Shown here piece after piece: positions 26,922-45,198 of a DNA stretch of 64,000 bases (positions are counted from its first letter, which is position 1; each line of letters starts with the position of its first letter). The notes under the pieces are model-generated. The model ran no database searches. It saw only the letters and a list, made by a program, of their open reading frames with translations, and was not told where the DNA came from. This stretch comes from Anaeramoeba ignava BMAN (lineage: Eukaryota; Protista; Anaeramoebae): the NCBI GenBank assembly GCA_028826165.1, contig JAPDFW010000059.1, positions 744,001-808,000 on the forward strand, given 5' to 3'. The position numbers and the translations under genes were made by a program.

Positions 26922-27230
26922 TAAAAAAAAATGAAAAAAAAAATGAAAAAATAAAATTTGATTTTTTGTTTTAACTTTCAATTTGTTAGAATTGTGAAAA
27001 TGAAACAAAAAAAAAAACAAAAAAAAAGAAATTTTTGAATGCGAAAAAAAAATGTGGAAAAAAATTTCAATTTGAATTATTTGAAAAAAGAAAAGTCAAA
27101 GTCAAAATCAAAGTCAAAATCAAAGTCAAAAATTAAAAGTAAAAAGCTAATTGATCAATTAAAAGAAAAAAAACAAATTTGAAATTTCCCAAAAATTAAA
27201 AGTTTCTTCTTCTTTTTTCCTTTTTTTTTT

Positions 27231-28909
27231 TTAATCTCTGTCTCCAATAAAATCTTTTTTTAGAATAATTTTAATTTTTAATTTTAATTTTAATTTTAAT
27301 TTTAATTTTAAATTTTAATTTTAAATTTTTAATTTTTAATTTAATTTTAATTTTAATTTTAATTTTACCTCCTCCAACTTTAATTATTTCCTTCATAATT
27401 TTATCTATATCAAGATCCTCTCGATCAAAAACTTGCATTTCAATTGCGAATTGCTAAATTAAATCAAATCAAATCAAATTTAATTTTATTCCAAATTTAT
27501 TTTATTTCAAATTTAATTTTATTTCAAATTTAATTTTATTTCAAATTTAATTTTATTCCAAAATTAATTTTATTCTAATTTAATTTTATTCCAATTTATT
27601 TTTATTTCCAATTTAATTTTATTTCAATTTAATTTTATTCCAATTTAATTTTATTTCAATTTAATTTTATTCCAATTTAATTTTATTTAAATTTAATTTT
27701 ATTTCAATTTAATTTTATTTCAATTTAATTTTATTTCAATTTAATTTTATTTCAATTTAATTTTATTCCAAATTTATTTTTATTCCAAATTTAATTTATC
27801 CAAATTTAATTTTATTCCAAATTTAATTTTATTCAAATTTAATTTTATTCCAAATTTAATTTTATTCCAAATTTAATTTTATTCCAAATTTAATTTTATT
27901 TCCAAATTTTTGTGGATTAAATTATTGAATATTAAAGAAAATAAAAAATTAAATATTTACTTGAATAACACGCTTAACATCACTCTTGTGAACAGAAACT
28001 TTGGCTTTTCTCATAATTTTCACTTTGTCCCCAATCCAAGTTATCAAAACAAATTTAGGTCTTCTACTTTGGTCATCAACAGCAATAACTCTTAAATAAA
28101 CATAAGCAACAATGTCATCCTCAAGTTGATCAAGGAATTCAGGAATTCCACCTTCTCCTGTAGCTTTAACTATCAATTTGTTAGAATTGCCTTCATAAGT
28201 GATATGAACATTTTCAATTCTTTTAAAAAAAATATTTAATTTAATTTTTAATTTGAATTTAATTTGAATGTTCTAATTTGAATTTAATTTAAAAACTTTA
28301 AATTTAATTTCAAACAAAAATTTATTTTCCAAATGATTTTTTGAATTTAAAAAAATATTTCAAATTTGATTTATTTTAATTTAATTTAATTTGAATTTAA
28401 TTTAATTTAATTTAATTTTTATTTTAATTAGAATTTATTATATTTCATTTTTAATATAAATTTAATGTAATTTAATTTAATTTAATTGTTTAAAAATTTA
28501 ATCAAATTTAATTTAATTTGAATTTAATTCTTTAAGAAAATTTGGATTAATTTGAATTTAATTTGATTTAATTTGAATTTTAATTTGAATTTAATCCAAA
28601 AATATTTTAATTTAATTTAATTTAAATTTAATTTAATTTAATTGATTTTAATTTATTTATTAAATTTAATTTAATTTAATTTAATATAATTTAATTTAAA
28701 TTTAATTTTAATTGGATTTAATTTGAAAATTTAATTTAAAATTTAATTTAATTTGAAGATCAACATGAATTTAAAATCCAAAAAAAGGATGAAAAATATA
28801 AAAATTTGTTAATTTTTGAGTTCTATTCTTTGTACCATGAAGTCTCATCTTCATCTTTCCGAACCAATTCATAAGCTTCTTTAATTGCAGGATCTGATAA
28901 GTCGCACAT
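27231..28909 (-). CDS. Coactosin (ADF-H actin-binding protein), 4 exons
   Basis: Exons 28909-28836, ~28211-27961, 27453-27369, 27253-27231. MCDLSDPAIKEAYELVRKDEDETSW..ITYEG..YVYLRV..RRPKFVLITWIG..KAKVSVHKSDVK. The acceptor of intron 1 is anomalous in this assembly. Confidence 0.85.
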
Positions 28910-29459
28910 TGATTTTCTTTTTATTCAAATTTGATGGTAATATCCAAATTTATAAATTTTAATGCACAAAATCCAAAAAAAAAAATTCAAATAAATTAAA
29001 ATTAAAATTAAAATTATTAAATTAGACAATTTTGAATAGGCAAATTATAAAATATTAATTAAACGGAGAGTGTTTAATTTATTTGTAATTTTTTTATTTG
29101 TATTAAATTTTAAATTTTAAATTTTAAATGGAATTTACAAATTGTGAAAAAAAGAAATGATCTTTTTTAAAATGAAAAAAAATTTTTTGCTTTTTCTTTT
29201 TTTTCTTTTTTTTCTTTTTGGACTAAATTTATTTTAATTAATTGTAATTGTAATTGTAATTGTTTAAAATAGATTCTAAGTAAAACAAATTAATTAAAAA
29301 TTAATCAAAAAGCAAAAAATTTTCTTTCTATTGTTTTTTTTATTTAATTTTTATTTATTTTTTGATTTTACTTCCTTTGAAAAAAATGTGTGTTTTTTTA
29401 ATTTAATTTAAACAAAAAGAAAAAATTTCCTTTTTCTTTTCTTCTTTCCAAAAGAACTA

Positions 29460-30525
29460 GAATTAATTTGATTTAAATTGATTTAATTTAAATATTTGAA
29501 ATAAATTGATTTAAATATATTTGATTTAAATATATTTGATTTAAATATATTTGATTTAAATTGATTTGATTTAAATATAATTGATTTAAAAATATTTGAT
29601 TTAAATATATTTGATTTAAATATATTTGATTTAAATATATTTGATTTAAATATTTGATTTAAATATTTTGATTTAAATTGATTTAAATATATTTGATTTA
29701 AATAAATTGATTTAAATATAATTGATTTAAATTGATTTAAATATTATTGATTTAAATATTTTGATTTAAATATATTTGATTTAAATTGATTTAAATATAA
29801 TTGATTTAAATATATTGATTTAAATATATTGATTTTAAATATAATTGATTTAAATATAATTGATTTAAATAAATTTGATTTAAATATATTTGATTTAAAT
29901 AAATTTGATTTAAATATATTTGATTTAAATATATTTGATTTAAATATATTTGATTTAAAATAAATTGATTTAAATATATTGATTTAAATATATTGATTTA
30001 AATTGATTTAAATTGATTTAAATATTTAATTTGATTTAAAATATATTTGATTTAAATATATTTGATTTAAATATTTGATTTAAATATATTTGATTTAAAT
30101 ATATTTGATTTAAATATGTTGATTTAAATTGATTTAAATATATTTGATTTAAATTGATTTAAATATATTTGATTTAAATATATTAATTTAAATATATTGA
30201 TTTAAATATATTTGATTTAAATATATTTGATTTAAATATATTTGATTTAAATATATTGATTTAAATATATTTGATTTAAATATTTTGATTTAAATATATT
30301 TGATTTAAATATTTTGATTTAAATATATTGATTTAAATATATTTGATTTAAATATATTGATTTAAATATATTTGATTTAAATATATTGATTTAAATATAT
30401 TTGATTTAAATATTTTGATTTAAATATATTTGATTTAAATATTTTGATTTAAATATATTGATTTAAATTGATTTAAATAAATTGATTTAAATATATTTGA
30501 TTTAAATTGATTTAAATATTTGATT
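29460..30525. repeat. (TTGATTTAAATATAT)n-type satellite upstream of the G-alpha gene
   Basis: Same unit as 19800-21360. Confidence 0.95.
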
Positions 30526-30739
30526 TGGAAATTAAAATAATTTTAAAAGAAAAAAAATAATCAAATTTTGTTTTGAGTATTGCAAAAGGAATTTAGAAAG
30601 AAAAAAAAAGAAAAATTAAAACAAACAGATAAAAAACAAATGTGGAAAAAGAAAAAGAGAAAAGAAAAAAAATTTTTTTTTTAAATTTTTCAATTCATTT
30701 TTTTTTTTAATTTTTTATTTTTTTTTAAATAATTTTTAA

Positions 30740-33729
30740 ATGGGTAATTGCGGAAAAACCCCACAAACTGAACATTTTCAAGAAACAGAAGAAATTCAAT
30801 TAGAATTAGTAACTCCTCCAAAACCTAAAGAGAATACAGCTAAATTACTTTTACTTGGTAAGAGATCTTTTCAAATTCGAAAAAATATCCCCTAAATAAT
30901 TTTGAATTATAATTTATTATTATAAGAAAAGCGATCTTATTCAAATCAATTATAAAATTTTATTTTTTAATAAAGTTGTTTTTATAAAATAAATTTTAAT
31001 TTAAATTCACTATTCAAATTTAATTTTATTTTCAATATCAATTTCAATTTCAATATCAATATCAATTTCAATTTTAATTTCAATTTTAATTTCAATTTTA
31101 ATTTTAATTTTAATTTTAATTTCAATTTTAATTTCAATTTTAATATCTATTTTAATTTCAATTTTAATTTCAATTTTAATTTTAATTTCAAATTCAATTT
31201 CAATTTCTAAATCAATTTTAATATCAATTTCAATTTTAATTTCAAATTCAATTTCAATTTTAATATCAATATTAATTTTAATATCTATTTTAATTTTAAT
31301 TTCAATTTCAATTTCAATTTTAATTTCAATTTCAATTTCAATATCAATTTTAATTTCAATTTCAATTTCTAAATCAATTTCAATTTCAATTTCAATATCA
31401 ATTTTAATTTTAATTTCTAAATCAATTTCTAAATCAATTTTAAATTCAATTTCTAAATCAATTTCAATTTCAATTTCTAAATCAATTTCAATTTCAATTT
31501 CAATTTCAATTTCAATTTCAATTTCAATATCTATTTTAATTTTAATTTTAATTTTAATTTCAATATCAATTTTAATTTTAATTTTAATTTCAATTTTAAT
31601 TTCAATTTTAATTTTAATTTCAATATCAATTTCAATTTTAATTTTAATTTCAATTTCAATATCTAAATCAATTTCAATTTCCAAATCAATTTCAAATTCA
31701 ATATCAATTTCAATTTCAAATTCAAATTCAATTTTAATTTCAATATCAATTTCAATTTCAATTTCAATTTCAATTTTAATTTTAATTTCAATATCAATTT
31801 TAATTTCAATTTTAATTTCAATATCAAAAATGAAATATAATTTTAGGACCTGGAGATAGTGGGAAATCAACTATATTCCGACAAATGAAAATAATTCATC
31901 ATAATGGATATACAGAAGAAGAAAGAGAAACTTTTATTGAAACAATTAATGAAAATATTTTAGAATCAATGAAAGCTATAGTTAATGCTTTACCAAGATT
32001 AAGCCTAGAAATTTCAGATGAGAATCAGGTTTTTTTCTTCTAATTTCTCAAAAGAAAGAAGAAAAAATTTTTTAAATAATTTTATTCTTTTTTAGGAAAA
32101 TGTTGATTTAATTAGATCAACACTTATTCTTACAAAAGAAGTAGAAGATGCAATTGTTGAATTATGGAAAGATCCTGTAATACAAAAGGCTTATTCTATG
32201 TCAAATCAATTCCAATTATTTGATTCTTCAAAATAGTAAATTTTCTTTTTAATTTAAATTTTATTTTAATTTTAATTTATTTTCTTTTATTTTAGTTTTT
32301 TTGATAATTTGAATTTTGATGAAGATTAATTTTGGTTTTAAAGCAAATTTGGAATAGATGAATTAAAATTTTTTCGTGAAGATTGATTTTCCTTATTTTT
32401 AAATTTGAATTTTATTTGAATTTGAATTATATTTGAATTATATTTGAATTAAATTTGAATTAAATTTGAATTAAATTTGAATTAAATTTGAATTATATTT
32501 GAATTAAATTTGAATTAAATTTGAATTATATTTGAATTAAATTTGAATTAAATTTGAATTAAATTTGAATTAAATTTGAATTGAATTAAATTTGAATTAA
32601 ATTTGAATTAAATATGAATTAAATTTGAATTAAATTTGAATTAAATTTGAATTAAATTTAAATATGAATTAAATTATGAATTAAATTTGAATTATATTTG
32701 AATTATATTTGAATTATATTTGAATTAAATTTGAATTAAATTTGAATTAAATTTGAATTGAATTTGAATTAAATTTGAATTAAATTTGAATTAAATTTGA
32801 ATTAAATTTGAATTAAATTTGAATTATATTTGAATTATATTTGAATTATATTTGAATTAAATTTGAATTAAATTTGAATTAAATTTGAATTATATTTGAA
32901 TTAAATTTGAATTAAATTTGAATTATATTTGAATTATATTTGAATTATATTTGATTTATATTTGAATTAAATTTGAATTAAATTTGAATTAAATTTGAAT
33001 TAAATTTAAATTAAATTTGAATTAAATTTGAATTATATTTGAATTATATTTGATTTATATTTGAATTATATTTGAATTAAATCATTTCTAAATTAAATTT
33101 GAATAAATTTGAATTAAAAATTTAATTAGAATTACTGATGTTGGCGGACAAAGAAATGAAAGAAAGAAATGGGTTCGATGTTTTCAAGTAAAAATTATTA
33201 AATCTTTTTTCTTTTTAAATTCATCCTCTAAATATTTCCTCACTTTTTTTTAAGGGAGTAACTGCTTTAATATTTTGTTCATCTTTAAGTGAATATGATC
33301 AAAATTTATTTGAAGATGAAAATCAAAAAAGAATTCCTGAATCACTTATGCTTTTTGAAGAAGTTTGTAATTCAAGATGGTTTGTTGATACTTCAGTAAT
33401 TTTATTTCTAAATAAAGTTGATATTTTCCGTGATAAAATATCAAAAACTGATTTAAGTGTTTGTTTTCCAGAATATAAAGGTAAATTTAAAATAAAATTT
33501 TTTTTCCGATTTTTTAATTTTTTTGATTTTTTTGATTTTTTATTTTTTATAAATAGATGGTCATGATTTTGATAAAGCTATCGCTTTTATTGAACAGAAA
33601 TTTAAATCTTTAAATCAAAATCCAGAAAGAAAACAAATTTATACTCATACAATTTGTGCAACTGATACTGAAGAAATGAGATTTGTTTTTGATTCAATTA
33701 AAGCAGTTATTCAAAATGAAAGACTTTAA
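30740..33729 (+). CDS. Heterotrimeric G-protein alpha subunit (7 exons; exon 4 garbled)
   Basis: MGNC lipidation start, KLLLL|[35 protein letters not shown]. Exons 30740-30857, 31847-32028, 32096-32235, ~32296-32392 (corrupt), 33130-33187, 33255-33480, 33557-33729. Confidence 0.9.
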
Positions 33730-33846
33730 GTTTCATTGAAATTTTTTTTTTCTCTTTTTTTTCTTAACAATTTTATTGATCAAATAAATTTATATTTCAA
33801 ACAAAAATTTCATTTTTTATTTTTCATTTTTATTTTTTTTATTAAA

Positions 33847-35337
33847 ATGAGTCTAAAAAATAAATTTGAAAAATATCTTGAAAATGCAAATAAAGGAGAT
33901 TTAGATTCAAAATTGCTTTTAGCAAAATGTTATTTACTTGGAATTGGAACAGAAAAAAAAGAAGAAAAAGCATTTAGTTTATTTGAAGAACTTTCCCAAC
34001 AAAATCAAATGGAATCAATTTATCATTTGGCTAAATGCTATTTAAAAGGAATAGGAACAAAAAAGAATGAAGAAAAAGCATTCATTTTATTTGAAAAAAA
34101 TCAAGAAAATTTAGATTCAAAATTGCTTTTAGCAAAATGTTATTTACTTGGAATTGGAACAGAAAAAAAAGAAGAAAAAGCATTTAGGTTATTTGAAGAA
34201 CTTTCCCAACAAAATCAAATGGAATCAATTTATTATTTGGCTAAATGCTATTTAAAAGGAATAGGAACAAAAAAGAATGAAGAAAAAGCATTCATTTTAT
34301 TTAGTAAATGTGAAAATTTATCAAAAAGTCAGTATTATCTTTTCAAATTAAATTTTGGAGGAATTGGAATCGAAAAGAATGAAGAAAAAGCGAAGGAATG
34401 GCTTATCAAATCTTCTGAAAACGGATATTCCAAGGCAAATTTCAAATTAGGTTCATTTCTTTTTGAAGAAAATCAGTTTGAAAAAGCATATGAACTTTTG
34501 GCAATTTCATATGAAAATGGAAATCGAAAAGCAAAAGAATTTCTGCAGAGATTTGAATTTACTTTCGGATTTGGGAAAATTACACAATTAAATGAAAATG
34601 ATTTCATTTGGGAATTCAATACAATTCTTCAATCAGAAGAAATTTTTGATAAATTAATTGAAAAATATCAAATATTCCCTGGTATTTGTGGTTATATATC
34701 AACAGTTGCAGCTGATTTGTTGTCTCGAGAACTTCCTTATGAGACTACTATTGAAAAAATGTCAGAAATTATTCAAAAAACACGAAATGAGGAAATGGTT
34801 GAAAAAGTGGAACAAATGATCCAAAAAATTTTAGAAAAACGAAAATCAGTTTCAGAGGAAATGAAACAAGATTTCAAAGAGTATTTCGTCTCTGCAGAAC
34901 TTACCTGTGAAGAGATCATTGATTATACTTGCAAATTCTCTCAAAATATCATTGTAATTGGATGGGATTTTGAAGAAATGAAAGAAATTGAAAATTTACA
35001 TTCAATTTTTATTGCTATTTTTACACCCAAATTTTTCCAGTCTGTAGAAAATAAAAAATTCAAATCCGTCGCACCAGATGATTGGCTTAAGTCTCGAAAA
35101 AAAGAATCCAAATCTCGGAATGATGTGTTTATTGTCCTTCTTGAGGGCCATTTTTTGGTCTTCAAACCTCTTTTAATTTTCGATAATGAGAAACAGAAAC
35201 CCCCAAAACGCGTTGCTATTTTATTGAATTCTTATCCTGGACCTTATTTCAATGATCCAGTAATGAAAGAAATGTTTACTTTGTGGTTTGATGGAAAATT
35301 TGAAAAAGATAAATTTATTAATACAGGCTATTTATAA
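33847..35337 (+). CDS. Sel1-like repeat protein with an uncharacterised C-terminal domain
   Basis: Repeated LAKCYLxGIGTxKxEEKAF Sel1 motifs. ATG at 33847 follows T-rich non-coding sequence. Intronless. Confidence 0.85.
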   Translation: MSLKNKFEKYLENANKGDLDSKLLLAKCYLLGIGTEKKEEKAFSLFEELSQQNQMESIYHLAKCYLKGIGTKKNEEKAFILFEKNQENLDSKLLLAKCYLLGIGTEKKEEKAFRLFEELSQQNQMESIYYLAKCYLKGIGTKKNEEKAFILFSKCENLSKSQYYLFKLNFGGIGIEKNEEKAKEWLIKSSENGYSKANFKLGSFLFEENQFEKAYELLAISYENGNRKAKEFLQRFEFTFGFGKITQLNENDFIWEFNTILQSEEIFDKLIEKYQIFPGICGYISTVAADLLSRELPYETTIEKMSEIIQKTRNEEMVEKVEQMIQKILEKRKSVSEEMKQDFKEYFVSAELTCEEIIDYTCKFSQNIIVIGWDFEEMKEIENLHSIFIAIFTPKFFQSVENKKFKSVAPDDWLKSRKKESKSRNDVFIVLLEGHFLVFKPLLIFDNEKQKPPKRVAILLNSYPGPYFNDPVMKEMFTLWFDGKFEKDKFINTGYL

Positions 35338-35389
35338 AAAATTTTTTAATTGTCAAAAATCGGAAAAAACAACAACAAAATTAAAATCT

Positions 35390-36365
35390 AAATATAAAAT
35401 CAAAATCTAAATACAAAATCAAAATCAAAATCAAAATCAAAATCAAAATTAAAATCAAAATTAAAATCAAAATCAAAATCAAAATCAAAATCAAAATCAA
35501 AATTAAAATCAAAATCAAAATCAAAATCAAATCAAAATCAAAAATTCAAAAAAAATTAAAATCAAAAAAAAAATAAAATCAAAATCAAAATCAAAATCAA
35601 AAATAAAAAATCAAATTCAAAATCAAAATATAAATCAAAATCAAAATCAAAATCAAAATCAAAATCAAAATCAAAATTAAAATCAAAATTAAAATCAAAA
35701 TCAAATCTAAAATCAAAATATAAATCAAAATCAAAATCAAAAATCAAAATCAAAATCAAAATCAAAATCAAAATCAAATTCAAAATTCAAAATCTAAATC
35801 AAAATCAAAATCAAAATCAAAATCAAAATCAAAAATCAAAATCAAATCAAATTAAAAAATCAAAATCAAAATTAAAATCAAAATCAAAATCAAAATCAAA
35901 ATCAAAATCAAAATCAAAATCAAAATCAAAATTAAAATCAAAATCAAAATATAAATCAAATTCAAAATCAAATTCAAAATCAAAATCAAAATCAAAATTA
36001 AAATCAAAAAAAAAATTTAAAATCAAAATTTAAATCAAAAATCAAAATCAAAATCAAAAATCAAAATCAAAATCAAAATCAAAATCAAAATTAAAATCAA
36101 AATCAAAATCAAAATCAAAATCTAAATCTAAATCAAAATCAAAATCAAAATTAAAATCAAAATCAAAATTAAAATTAAAATCAAAATCAAATTCAAAATA
36201 TAAATCAAAATCAAAATCAAATTCAAAATCAAAATCAAAATCAAAATTTAAATCAAAATTAAAATCAAAATCTAAATCAAAATTAAAATCAAAATCAAAA
36301 TCAAAATCAAATTCAAATTCAAAATCAAAATATAAATCAAATTCAAAATCTAAATCAAATTCAAA
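35390..36365. repeat. (AAAATC)n intergenic microsatellite
   Basis: About 1 kb of aaaatc/aaaatt hexamers. Confidence 0.95.
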
Positions 36366-36473
36366 AAAAATATTCGTTTGGTTGATCAAAAAAAATTTTT
36401 TTTTTCATTTTTTTTTTTTTCATTTTTTTCATTTCTTTGAAAAAAATATTATTTAAATTATTTATTTTAATAA

Positions 36474-38368
36474 ATGGGAAGTTTAGCTGCAAATTCAAAT
36501 CAAACAATAAATTTTCTTCTTAATCATTCAATTAAATCAAACAATTTCAAAAATCCAAAACGATTTGTGAATAAAATCAAAACAATAGAAAGTAAAAAAA
36601 ATGGAAATGAAGTTTTAAGTAAAAAAAGTTTAAAAAAGAAAATTACAAAAAAAAAAGAATATCAAGAACAAAATTTAAGTTATTCTAAGAATCAGTTATC
36701 ACCTTCACTTTATAAAACTGAATTATGTCGTTCTTGGGAAGAGACTGGTTTTTGTAAATATGGTGGAAAATGCCAATTTGCGCATGGTGAACATGAATTA
36801 AGGTATAAATTTTAAATTTATAAAAAAAAAAAAGCAAAAATAAAAAAAAAGCAAAATAAAAAAAAGGAGAAATTTTTGATCAAAATTAAAATCAAAAGTT
36901 GAATTAATTTTAAAAACTAAAAACAAAAATTTCTTTGCAATGAAAAAAAGGGGTTTTGAGTTAGTTTTTAAAAATCAACTGTTTTGTTGAAAAATGGAGG
37001 AAAGGAAATTATTTCCTTTCCGCTCAAAAAGGGGAAAAATTTCCTTTTGAAAAGAGGAAAAGGACAGGAAAAATTTTCCTTTCCCCATTTTTGATGAAAA
37101 GAAAAATAATTTTATCCAAAAGTCCAACAAATTGAATTAAAAATATTAAAATTATGATTAAAATTCAAAATCAAAATGAAAATCAAAAATAAATATAAAT
37201 ATAAATATAAATATAAATATAAATATAAATATAAATATAAATATAAAATAAATATAAATATAAATATAAAAATAAATATAAATATAAATATAAATATAAA
37301 TATAAATATAAATATAAATATAAATATAAATATAAATATAAATATAAATATAAATATGAATATAAATATAAATATAAATATAAATATAAATATAAATATA
37401 AATATAAATATAAATATAAATATAAATATAAATATAAATATAAATATAAATATAAATATAAATATAAATATAAATATAAATATAAATTATAAATATAAAT
37501 ATAAATATAAATATAAATATAAATATAAATATAAATATAAATATAAATATAAATATAAATATAAATATAAATATAAATAAAACAATTATAAATATAAAAT
37601 AAATCTAAATAAATATAAATATAAAATATAAAATATAAATATAAATATAAATATAAATATAAATAAAATATAAATATAAATATAAATATAAATATAAATA
37701 TAAATTATAAATATAAATATAAATATAAATATAAATATAAATATAAATATAAATATAAATATAAATATAAATATAAATATAAATATAAATATAAATATAA
37801 ATATAAATATAAATATAAATATAAATATAAATATAAATATAAATATAAATATAAATATAAATATAAATATAAATATAAATATAAATATAAATATAAATAT
37901 AAATATAAATATAAATATAAATATAAATATAAATATAAATATAAATATAAATATAAATATAAATATAAAATTATAAATATAAATATAAAAATAAAATTAT
38001 AAAATTAAAATATAAATATAAAATTAAAATCTAAATAAAAATAAAAATCAAAATCAAAATCAAAATTAAAAATCTAAATTAAAATTAAAATCAAAATCAA
38101 AATCAAAATCAAAATCAAAATCAAAATAAAATTCAAAATTTCTCTTTAATGATTTGATAGAAATATTGCTAGACACCCAAAATATAAAACTCAAGTTTGT
38201 AAATCATTTCATAAAGATGGATTTTGTTGTTATGGAAAAAGATGTCGATTTATTCATGACAAAATTGAATCAACAACAAATCCAACACAATTTGAATTAT
38301 TTTCTTTAGAACCAAAAGCAGAAGAAGAACCTCCAAAAAGATTAAACATTTTTCGTTTATTATGCTAA
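36474..38368 (+). CDS. Tandem CCCH zinc-finger ARE-binding protein (TIS11/TTP/ZFP36 family), 2 exons
   Basis: Exons 36474-36802 and 38161-38368. [32 protein letters not shown]|[32 protein letters not shown]; C-terminal KRLNIFRLL. Confidence 0.93.
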
Positions 38369-38538
38369 AAAATTTTTTTCCGATTTTCGTTTTATTTTTT
38401 ATTATTTTTATTCTTATTAATTTTAATTTTAATTTTAATATTTTTTTTTTATCAAGAAAAAAAAACAAAGAAACTTAAAAAGAAACCTAATTTTGTTTCT
38501 TTTAGAAAAGATTAAAAGATTTCTTGAATTTATTTTAA

Positions 38539-44987
<6,449 letters not shown>

Positions 44988-45198
44988 TTTGCTTTTTTTT
45001 TCAAAAATTCCACTTTTTTTTTTTGATGTTCTTTGCTTGTTTTGTTTTTTCTCAAATAATTTCTAGTTAATAATTTTACATCCAAAATTTGTTTTAGGAA
45101 GAAAATAAAAAGAACAAAATAAAAAAACAAAAACCGTTAAAAAAATAAATTCAAAAAAATAAATTAAAATTTTTTTCATTTTTTTTTCTTTTTAAAAA

